DNA from: Fidelibacterota bacterium
Lineage (GTDB): Bacteria > Fidelibacterota > Fidelibacteria > Fidelibacterales > Fidelibacteraceae
Assembly (NCBI GenBank): GCA_034723415.1
Contig: JAYEOX010000079.1
Location: 1 to 15,463 of the forward strand
Length of the DNA stretch: 15,463 nucleotides
Direction: 5' to 3'
Below the pieces are notes generated by a model, which did no database searches, was not told the origin of the DNA, and worked only from the letters and a program-made list of their open reading frames with translations. The translations under genes were made by a program, and so were the position numbers. Shown here in pieces: positions 8,424 through 15,463 of the stretch (the first letter of the stretch is position 1; the number at the start of each line of letters is the position of its first letter).

Positions 8424-8452
8424 ATTATAATAAAATAATAAATATTTATTAA
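8424..8452 (-). promoter_or_regulatory. Candidate sigma70 promoter for the oxidoreductase operon
   Basis: Minus strand TTAATA (8452-8447), 17 nt, TATAAT (8429-8424). Very AT-rich context, so weak evidence. Confidence 0.35.
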
Positions 8453-8543
8453 AATAGAAAGGAAATTTTAAAAAAATGAAAAGTAAAATGTGAAAAGTGT
8501 GGAATTCAAAATTCTCAATTCGTGGTTATTAATTAGTAATTTA

Positions 8544-9512
8544 TTATTGTTTTATTTCTTGTTTTTTAATTTCTTTATATTTGATATGCGATTCTAAATA
8601 AAAAATGAATCCTAATATCACTACCGGAATCAATCCTATTAAATGTAACATTACAGAAATAGGCGACGAAACTGATTTTTCAATTCCGAACATGCTCAAT
8701 GTAATAATTACAGCCGAATGATAAGTTCCAATATTTCCCGGTGCTGCCGGAATGCTTATTGCAAAAGTAGTTGTAACCAATAAAAATAAAGCGATTTTTA
8801 TTGCCGATGCAACAGAGAAAGCCATGAGCCCGCAATAAAATAGTCCACCATAAATTAGCCAAATTAATAAACTTAAAATAAAAATTAATAAAGGCCTTTT
8901 AACCTTAAATAGAGAGCTGAAACCGACATTCAATTTAGATAGAAAATTATGAAAAATATTATTTTTTGAATCAAAATGTTCTTGTATCTTTTCTTTATAT
9001 TTATAATAAATTATAGAGATCAGGAACAGAGCACCGATGAATATTGGTATAATAGTTTTCAAAAAATTTAATTGCTCACCAAATGGGACGAAAATTGAAG
9101 CAATTAAAATAAATACAAAAAACGCGATCATGTCAATAAATCGTTCTGCTATGATAGTTGGAAATAATTTTGTTCCGCTGTAATTGGTAAATTTACCTGT
9201 AATATAAGCACGCAATATTTCTCCCATTCTTATAGGCAAAACATAATTCCCAAAAAAACCAACTATTGTGCCTTTAAAAAGAGGAATAACTTTAAACGAT
9301 CTTATTGGCTTGAGTAATAATTTCCATCTTACTGCTCTTAGAAAAATTGCTATTATTGCTACAATACAACCGGAAATGTACCAAAATAAATTTATTTGTT
9401 TTATTTGGGATAGAAATATCTGCCAATCAATTCCCGAAAATGCGTAGTAAAGAGCTGCTCCGGAAATTAAAATTCCCAAAGTGATATGAATAAGTTTTTT
9501 ATTTATTTTCAT
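8544..9512 (-). CDS. Lysylphosphatidylglycerol synthase TM / flippase-like membrane protein (UPF0104)
   Basis: LRAVRW, GFFGNYVLP.RMGE..R, ERFID, IPAAPGNIGTYH; many hydrophobic segments. Confidence 0.88.
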   Translation of the reverse strand: MKINKKLIHITLGILISGAALYYAFSGIDWQIFLSQIKQINLFWYISGCIVAIIAIFLRAVRWKLLLKPIRSFKVIPLFKGTIVGFFGNYVLPIRMGEILRAYITGKFTNYSGTKLFPTIIAERFIDMIAFFVFILIASIFVPFGEQLNFLKTIIPIFIGALFLISIIYYKYKEKIQEHFDSKNNIFHNFLSKLNVGFSSLFKVKRPLLIFILSLLIWLIYGGLFYCGLMAFSVASAIKIALFLLVTTTFAISIPAAPGNIGTYHSAVIITLSMFGIEKSVSSPISVMLHLIGLIPVVILGFIFYLESHIKYKEIKKQEIKQ

Positions 9513-9516
9513 ATTC

Positions 9517-10251
9517 TTAATAATTTTTTAATAGTTTAATTGCATCTTTCATTTTTGAGCCGCCCTGTTTTAATAATTCATTAATTTTCTTTTTCTCTTC
9601 AGAAGACAGATTTTCATAAACTGATTTTATATATTGAATATCTTGGAAAGTCAAATTATCAATATTATCAAGTATTTTATTTAAATCCCTTGATGTAAAT
9701 TTTTTGTCGCTCTTAAATTTATTAAATTTGTCAGTGACATTGTCAAAATGTTGATCTATATTTGCCTTTTTAATAAATGGTTGAATAACAATTTTATATA
9801 TTGTAGGAGCAACATTTTCAAAGATAGAATATGACTTGGATTTATATTTTATTGCTTGTGTCAACCCATTTGCCGGTAACATCATCATTCCCCAAAAGAG
9901 TAAACTAATTAAAATTGCTGCTTTGGCAAAACCTAAGATCACTCCTCCTAATTTATCCAACCATCCCAAAAGTATTATATTTAAAGTTGATTTAAGTAAA
10001 TTCCCGATAATTTGAATAATGATCACAACTATTATAAAAACAATTACATATCCGAGAATGCTGCTGATTTTATCCGGAACTGATAATTTGTTACTTAGAA
10101 ATTCAATAATAAAATATCCGTATTTAGCCGATAATATTATTCCTAATATTAATCCTATAAAGCGGAATAAACTGATGATCAAACCGGAAGAATAATCTTT
10201 ATAAACAAACCACACTAAAATAATTAATGCAATAATATCTACCCAGTACAT
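9517..10251 (-). CDS. cvpA: CvpA (colicin V production) family membrane protein with soluble C-terminal extension
   Basis: N-terminal WVDII, GLI, four to five hydrophobic helices, LGWLDKLGG.ILG..K, SKSY; adjacent to yqeY. Confidence 0.85.
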   Translation of the reverse strand: MYWVDIIALIILVWFVYKDYSSGLIISLFRFIGLILGIILSAKYGYFIIEFLSNKLSVPDKISSILGYVIVFIIVVIIIQIIGNLLKSTLNIILLGWLDKLGGVILGFAKAAILISLLFWGMMMLPANGLTQAIKYKSKSYSIFENVAPTIYKIVIQPFIKKANIDQHFDNVTDKFNKFKSDKKFTSRDLNKILDNIDNLTFQDIQYIKSVYENLSSEEKKKINELLKQGGSKMKDAIKLLKNY

Positions 10252-10253
10252 AT

Positions 10254-10700
10254 TTAGCCCCCCAATTCCTTTTTAACTATTGTTTGAACAATTTTGCCAT
10301 CCGCCTTTCCGGCTGCTTCTTTCATAACGGGCTTCATTACATTTCCCATATCTTTCATCGATTCAGCACCGGTTTCTTTTATTACTTTTTTTATAATTTT
10401 TGTAATTTCAGATTCATTTAACGCTTTCGGTAAATATGTTTTAATAATATCCATTTCTTCTTTTTCCTGTTTTGCCAGATCATTACGGCCGGCATCAGAA
10501 TATGTAACATAAGATTCTTTTCGGGTCTTTAATTCTTTATTAATTACACCTATTTCTTGTTTTTCATCCAAATCCTCATTCAGCTCAATTTTCTTTAATT
10601 TCAGCTTGGAAATCACACTTCTTAATGTTAGTATTTTAACTTTATTTCTGGATTTCATAGCGGTTATTAAATCTTTTTGTATTTTTTTTAAGTATTTCAT
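10254..10700 (-). CDS. yqeY: GatB/YqeY domain protein
   Basis: DLITAMKS, LR, K.RKES...Y..AGR.DLA..E..E, YLP, GA.SMKDMG.VM, GKADGK. ATG 10700 is better spaced from AGGAG than TTG 10706. Confidence 0.92.
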   Translation of the reverse strand: MKYLKKIQKDLITAMKSRNKVKILTLRSVISKLKLKKIELNEDLDEKQEIGVINKELKTRKESYVTYSDAGRNDLAKQEKEEMDIIKTYLPKALNESEITKIIKKVIKETGAESMKDMGNVMKPVMKEAAGKADGKIVQTIVKKELGG

Positions 10701-10851
10701 TGCCAAATCTCCTATTTTTCCTTAATATAATTAAAAAAGATGATGATAATTACAAAAAATTTCATTATTTTTGAATTAATTGAATTTTTTTTGAAAAGAA
10801 GGCGAAAATAACGAATGATAGATAAACCAAAACGGAAAAAATAGTACCTAA

Positions 10852-11121
10852 ATGAAAAATATTGATAGAAAGTTAGATATAAAATATCCTTGCGAATGGA
10901 CTTATAAAGTTATTGGTAATGAATATGAATTAATTATTGATGCGATCAATAACATTTTATCTAATGATAATAAGCAAAATTATAAAACCGATATTTCAAA
11001 AAAGAGCAAATCTGCAAAGTATATTAGTGTAAATTTGGATATCGAAGTTGATGACGAAGCGACTCGTGTGAAATATTATAAAAAATTATCTGAACATAAA
11101 GATATAAAAATTGTACTTTAG
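10852..11121 (+). CDS. DUF493 / YbeD-like ACT-fold protein
   Basis: YPCEWTYKVIG, SKSAKYISV, Y..L..H..IK.VL; 89 aa. Confidence 0.85.
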   Translation: MKNIDRKLDIKYPCEWTYKVIGNEYELIIDAINNILSNDNKQNYKTDISKKSKSAKYISVNLDIEVDDEATRVKYYKKLSEHKDIKIVL

Positions 11122-11143
11122 AATTAATTAATGGAGAAATGAC

Positions 11144-11467
11144 TTGAAAATCGGAATGATTAAAAAAAATACTATTTTAATTTTACTGTTTGTTTTTGTT
11201 TTAACTTCTTGTGCATCGATCGGTATGGAATTTGAAGGGAGTTATGCTAACAAGATTAAAATTGGAGTAACTAAAAAATCAGATGTTAAAAAAATGTTAG
11301 GTGATCCTTGGCGAGTAGGAATTGATAACGGAAATACAGCGTGGACTTATGGATATTATCATTTTAAAATATTTAAAGGAATTGAGACAAAAGATCTCTA
11401 TATTGCTTTTGATAAGGATGGCAAGGTAAGATCATTTACATATAATAGAAGTGATTTTAAAAAATAA
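11144..11467 (+). CDS. SmpA/OmlA (BamE-like) outer membrane lipoprotein
   Basis: Signal peptide with lipobox LTSC; IKIGVTKKSDV..MLGDP, WTY, L.I.FD..G.V. Confidence 0.8.
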   Translation: MKIGMIKKNTILILLFVFVLTSCASIGMEFEGSYANKIKIGVTKKSDVKKMLGDPWRVGIDNGNTAWTYGYYHFKIFKGIETKDLYIAFDKDGKVRSFTYNRSDFKK

Positions 11468-11474
11468 GAGGTGA

Positions 11475-12245
11475 GTGATGAAAGCTTTTATTAAAATACT
11501 TATTCTTTTAACAGTGCTGACAACAATAATATTTGGTCAGCAGTTTCTTGTGCCTGTTGATCTAATAAATACACCAACTGCAGGTACACTTGGGAAAGGT
11601 TACTTTTCTACTGAAATGAGATTTGCAACTCGCGGTGGTGTATTAGGTGGAATTCAAGTTGGGATATCTGATCGTTTTGATATTGGACTTTCTTACGGAG
11701 GCGGAAGAATAATTGGAAATGAAGAGGTAATTTGGAATAAACAACCCGGAGTGCTTGCTAAATTTAGAATATTAGACGAGGGGAACAATTATCCCGGTGC
11801 TGCTGTAGGATTTAATTCGCAAGGTTATGGAGAATATATTGATTCACTTGGACTATATGAAATTCGTTCGCTGGGAGCTTATGCAGTTGTTAGCAAAAAT
11901 TGGCAAACAATATTTAATAGTCAACTTGGATTACATTTGGGAATAAATTATTCATTTGAACAGCCGGATAGTGTAAGAGTTCCATCTCTATTCATGGGAA
12001 TCAGTTGGGAAATAAGTCCTCAGTTTGGATTGTTTGTAGAATATGATTCAGCTATTGATTATGAAAAATATTGCGATGTGGGGAATTTTAAGATAACAAA
12101 AGGATCCGGATTTTTAAATGCAGGAATAAGAATAGCAGTTTCCGAAGAATTCTATGTAGAATGCGATTTTAATAATCTGATATTTGGTGAGAATGTAGAA
12201 TCATTTAATAGAGAAATTAAATTGAAATATATTAGTAGTTTTTAA
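11475..12245 (+). CDS. Exported beta-barrel-like outer membrane protein (YjbH-like)
   Basis: Signal peptide; LINTPTAGTL, G...RFDIGL, KFRILDE...YP..AVG, YAVVSK, HLG; alternating beta strands; terminal Phe. Confidence 0.65.
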   Translation: MMKAFIKILILLTVLTTIIFGQQFLVPVDLINTPTAGTLGKGYFSTEMRFATRGGVLGGIQVGISDRFDIGLSYGGGRIIGNEEVIWNKQPGVLAKFRILDEGNNYPGAAVGFNSQGYGEYIDSLGLYEIRSLGAYAVVSKNWQTIFNSQLGLHLGINYSFEQPDSVRVPSLFMGISWEISPQFGLFVEYDSAIDYEKYCDVGNFKITKGSGFLNAGIRIAVSEEFYVECDFNNLIFGENVESFNREIKLKYISSF

Positions 12246-12260
12246 TTAAAAGGAGGGAGT

Positions 12261-12785
12261 GTGATGAAAAAAGTGATTTTTATTTTGGTGCTTGTGTTGA
12301 TGGTAACAAATGTTTTCGCTGAATTGCCATTGGGAGAAAAACCACCGGTAATTGAACTTAAGGGAAAAATTGGAGAGAGAGTAGATGGAACGCCATGGAG
12401 CAGTAATGAATTAGTCGGCAAGGTTTGGGTTGTGTTTTATGCAGATCCCGATGAATCAGATTTGAATGATCCTGCTGCTGATTCGATAAAGGCAAAAGAT
12501 TTTCCGGAAGAGAAACAGAGTTCGGTTGCAATTGTAAATTATGCCGCAACTTGGAAACCGAATTTTGCAATTTCTCTGATCTTGAAGGGAAAACAAAAGA
12601 AATTTCCAAATACAATATATGTTAAAGATTATAAAAAACATGTTGTGAAGAAATGGAACTTAAAAGATGATTCAAATGACATTGTTGTATTTGATAAAGA
12701 GGGAAAAGTTCTATTCAGTAAAGATGGAAAATTATCAAAGAATGATATACAAATATTATTAAAAACGATAGAAGATAATTTATAA
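12261..12785 (+). CDS. ytfJ: YtfJ family exported thioredoxin-fold protein
   Basis: Signal peptide (VFA); WSSNELVGKVWVVFY, AIVN, KFP...V.D, W.L, V.DK.GKVLF.KDGKL; AGGAGG RBS. Confidence 0.78.
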   Translation: MMKKVIFILVLVLMVTNVFAELPLGEKPPVIELKGKIGERVDGTPWSSNELVGKVWVVFYADPDESDLNDPAADSIKAKDFPEEKQSSVAIVNYAATWKPNFAISLILKGKQKKFPNTIYVKDYKKHVVKKWNLKDDSNDIVVFDKEGKVLFSKDGKLSKNDIQILLKTIEDNL

Positions 12786-12797
12786 GATTTAAATAAT

Positions 12798-12829
12798 AAA
12801 CTTCCGAGGTTTTTGAAACTTCGGAAGTT
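12798..12829. repeat. REP-like inverted repeat (second copy)
   Basis: AAACTTCCGAGGTTT-TTG-AAACTTCGGAAGTT; same arms as 1065-1108 with one A>G change that still gives a G:U pair. Confidence 0.8.
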
Positions 12830-12850
12830 GTATATTAAAAAAGATTTTAA

Positions 12851-13642
12851 ATGAGGAAAGTTAGTATTATGAAAAAGTATTACCAACCGATACCTGTCAA
12901 AAATAAATTTTTTATCATTTGCGCACATAGTTTATTCGTAATCTTATTATTAATTACATTTTATGGATGTCAAAAGACAAAACAGACAAGTTCTTGGAAC
13001 GAAAAATATGATTTTATTTATGATATTCAACCCATCATTTTTCATTATGACCATGGAATCCTTGCAGGGAGTTATCCACAAAATCAAGAAACTACGGAAG
13101 TAGAATTTAATGATGTCTGTAATTATTTAGGACATGTTTGTTTGTGTGGTGCAGGAGGATATAAGATTTCCGAAATAGCACTGGATTCGTTTAAAGAAAC
13201 TGATGAAACTCTTGAGAAAGGCGATTTTATACTGATTAGTAGTAGAGATCACACAATTAGCGATGTAATTTCTTTTGTTTTAGGATGTAGCAGAAGGAAT
13301 GATTCTGAAAATAATCAGTATTTTATTGATTCCACGATTAAAGCACCAAAGAGAGAATATCATTATTTTATTGGTTATCCTCCACAAAAAAAAGCTGTTC
13401 ATATTATTTATCGTAAACATTTACTTATTGGGAATGAACTGATGGATAGATTATGGAAAGTTGAGCTGGCTTATGAAAAAAATCCTGCTTCTGTAAATCA
13501 AACTGATTTAGAATTATATAAAAATACAATGTTCAGTATTGTAAAAGATGTTTTGTTAGATCAAAAAAAAGGTCTTTTTGATGTAGAATTGATTGATTAT
13601 GATGAATTTTTATTAATATTAAAAAGATTAAAAGCAGAATGA
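12851..13642 (+). CDS. Putative lipoprotein with an FmdE-like His/Cys motif
   Basis: 263-aa ORF; hydrophobic stretch ending FYGC; YLGHVCLCGAGGY resembles FmdE HGHxCxG, and SDVISFVLGCS resembles its D....TGCT segment. Start could be 12869. Confidence 0.55.
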   Translation: MRKVSIMKKYYQPIPVKNKFFIICAHSLFVILLLITFYGCQKTKQTSSWNEKYDFIYDIQPIIFHYDHGILAGSYPQNQETTEVEFNDVCNYLGHVCLCGAGGYKISEIALDSFKETDETLEKGDFILISSRDHTISDVISFVLGCSRRNDSENNQYFIDSTIKAPKREYHYFIGYPPQKKAVHIIYRKHLLIGNELMDRLWKVELAYEKNPASVNQTDLELYKNTMFSIVKDVLLDQKKGLFDVELIDYDEFLLILKRLKAE

Positions 13643-13668
13643 AGAATTACATTGGTTAACAAAATCCA

Positions 13669-13827
13669 TTGAAACGATACGAAAATCATTTTTCAGATAA
13701 AATAAGTGAAGAGTTAGAAAAATATATTATTCATTGCAGAGGAGACAGTCCGGCATTTGGACCTGTAAGATTAAAGGATTATTTCCTGTCCGCCTGCCTG
13801 TGGCAGACAGGAAGCAGACGGGATTAA
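13669..13827 (+). pseudogene. Possible remnant of an IS481/IS3-like transposase HTH segment
   Basis: My translation: (M)KRYENHFSDKISEELEKYIIHCRGDSPAFGPVRLKDYF, then a palindromic insert and stop; resembles the 'E..I..R...P..G...L' pattern of IS481-type transposases. Confidence 0.35.
13784..13823. repeat. GC-rich nested inverted repeat
   Basis: Outer arms TCCTGTCCGC / GCAGACGGGA enclose inner arms CCTGCCTG / CAGACAGG; stands out from the AT-rich flanks. Confidence 0.7.
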
Positions 13828-13884
13828 TTTTGACTTAACTAGGGAATATGTCTATGTGGTAAACAGAGTTTTATTATTTTTTAC

Positions 13885-13913
13885 TTGCCAAATTCCTATA
13901 TTATTGCTAAACT
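13885..13913 (+). promoter_or_regulatory. Candidate sigma70 promoter with extended -10
   Basis: TTGCCA (13885-13890), 17 nt ending TGC, TAAACT (13908-13913). Confidence 0.45.
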
Positions 13914-14162
13914 AAACACAAATAAAGGATTTAGGATGACGAATTTAGTAAACAGGTCATTATTTTCGATTGTATATATCTGGAATGGTACGCTATTCGT
14001 TAATTGGTATGGAAAAAATTAAGACTCTCATTTATATTTGCATTGTGCCTGATGTTATGGGGCAGTGCATGAAATATTAATGTAATCTACGATAAGGGAA
14101 TTTAATAGTATAATTTAGTTTATTAAAAGAAATTTTGTATAAAAAAACAAAGAGGAAAAAAG

Positions 14163-15463
14163 ATGAATAATAAATTTAATAGAAATTTTATGAAATTACC
14201 CTTAATTCTGCTTTTTCTCTATTTGACAGGTTGTGAAGAGTTGTTTGATCCTACAACAGTTGAATTAACTGCTCCATCTAATTTTACCTATAAGAAAATT
14301 AAAATAAATAGTATACAGTTTAGTTGGACAGATAATTCCGTTGGAGAAGAAGGCTTTAAGATAGATAAGAAAATAGTGGATGGGAACTGGATAGCAGGAT
14401 ATGGAGTGGTTGATGCAGATACAACCCAGTGGATTGATGAAAATGCCGAAATTAATAAAAAATTACAGTATCGTATTTGTGCATATTTTGATAACGATAG
14501 TTCTTCTTTTATTGAGACTGATGTAATAGATAACATATTCCCATCACCTACAAATATTAGTTATGAGAGTATTGCGATAGATGAAGTACAACTTAATTGG
14601 ACAGACAATTCCAATGGAGAGGATGGTTTTAAGATAGATAAAAAAGTAGATGAGGGAAATTGGAATCTGTCTTATGGAGTTGTTGATTCGAATATAACTC
14701 AATGGACAGATGAGAATGCAGAGATAAATAGTAATTTTCAATATCGGGTTTATGCTTATGTTGGTATTGATAGTTCGTCTTCTATAGAAACAGAATTTAT
14801 AGACAATACATTTCCAGTACCCAGTAATCTTGTGCTGGAACAGATAGATTTAGGCACTCCTACTTGTAAATTAACTTGGGAGGACAATAGTATTGGAGAA
14901 GAAGGTTTTAAGATAGATAGGAGGATAGACGATGGTAAATGGGTTGATTCATTGGGGATTGTTGATTCTAATATTACAGAGTGGACAGATAATTCTATAA
15001 CTAGTGATTATGATATAATTTATTACAGGGTTTATGCATACTCAGGTGAATATACTTCAGTCAAGATAGAAAAGAATAGCAACACTATTTTTCCAGGTCC
15101 CACGAATCTTGTAAGCGGAAGTATTGCTATTGATAAGATTAAGTTAATTTGGACAGATAATTCAAATAGTGAAGAAGGCTTTAAGATAGATAAGAGATTA
15201 GAGGATGGGAACTGGATAGCAGGATATGGAATAGTTGGTGAGAATGTAAAGCAGTGGACAGATGAGAGTGCAGAGATAAATAGTAAACTTCAGTATCGTG
15301 TTTATGCTTATAATAGTGAGAATGTTTCGTCATCGGTTGAGACTGATGTAATAGATAACATATTCCCATCACCTACAAATATTAGTTATGAGAGTATTGC
15401 GATAGATGAAGTACAACTTAATTGGACAGACAATTCCAATGGAGAGGATGGTTTTAAGATAGA
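14163..15463 (+). CDS. Lipoprotein with tandem fibronectin type III-like repeats (3' truncated; absent from ORF track)
   Basis: Open from ATG 14163 (GAGG upstream) to window end: MNNKFNRNFMKLPLILLFLYLTGC, then ~91-aa units P.N...W(T/E)DNS..E(E/D)GFKID...W...W.D...YR(V/I).AY; four complete units plus a partial fifth. Confidence 0.92.
   Translation, partial: MNNKFNRNFMKLPLILLFLYLTGCEELFDPTTVELTAPSNFTYKKIKINSIQFSWTDNSVGEEGFKIDKKIVDGNWIAGYGVVDADTTQWIDENAEINKKLQYRICAYFDNDSSSFIETDVIDNIFPSPTNISYESIAIDEVQLNWTDNSNGEDGFKIDKKVDEGNWNLSYGVVDSNITQWTDENAEINSNFQYRVYAYVGIDSSSSIETEFIDNTFPVPSNLVLEQIDLGTPTCKLTWEDNSIGEEGFKIDRRIDDGKWVDSLGIVDSNITEWTDNSITSDYDIIYYRVYAYSGEYTSVKIEKNSNTIFPGPTNLVSGSIAIDKIKLIWTDNSNSEEGFKIDKRLEDGNWIAGYGIVGENVKQWTDESAEINSKLQYRVYAYNSENVSSSVETDVIDNIFPSPTNISYESIAIDEVQLNWTDNSNGEDGFKI
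15337..15463 (+). repeat. Exact 127-bp direct repeat of 14512-14638
   Basis: TTGAGACTGATGTAATAG...GGTTTTAAGATAGA identical at both positions; offset 825 bp. Confidence 0.95.

Noticed and set aside
8680..12928. Short ORFs 8680(-), 10294(+), 12358(-), 12456(-), 12629(-)
   Set aside because: Out-of-frame or antisense overlaps with better-supported genes.
13986..14000. Sigma54 promoter TGGTACG-CTAT-TCGT
   Set aside because: The -24 GG is present but the conserved -12 GC is missing.
14288..15372. Minus-strand ORFs 14288, 14544 and 15181
   Set aside because: Antisense to the FN3 lipoprotein gene, which the track omitted because it has no stop inside the window.
14512..15463. DGR template/variable repeat pair
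   Set aside because: The 127-bp copies are identical and both in-frame coding, with no adenine-specific differences and no reverse transcriptase in the window.

Overview
AT-rich DNA from a diderm, probably anaerobic bacterium. Both ends of the window lie in repeats, so it may be a whole contig. Left end: ten tandem 44-46 bp units (1-446), followed by short 8-mer repeats. The core is a tightly packed minus-strand operon (8321->556): NuoE/HydC-like, NuoF/HydB-like, and a 705-aa subunit fusing the HydA/NuoG Fe-S relay to a GltD/NfnB-type FAD/NADP(H) module. These run directly into VOR-type 2-oxoacid:ferredoxin oxidoreductase genes (delta, alpha, fused beta-gamma) and a universal stress protein. 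It looks like a compact HydABC/Bfu-type electron-bifurcating transhydrogenase (Stn/NfnABC-like) lacking two usual Fe-S sites and co-transcribed with its likely ferredoxin source. Next are yqeY-cvpA-LPG synthase TM (minus), a plus-strand envelope cluster (DUF493, BamE-like, YjbH-like barrel, YtfJ), an FmdE-like lipoprotein, a decayed intergenic region with a possible transposase remnant, and a fibronectin type III repeat lipoprotein (14163 to the end) missing from the ORF track. All calls come from reading motifs by eye; no searches were run.
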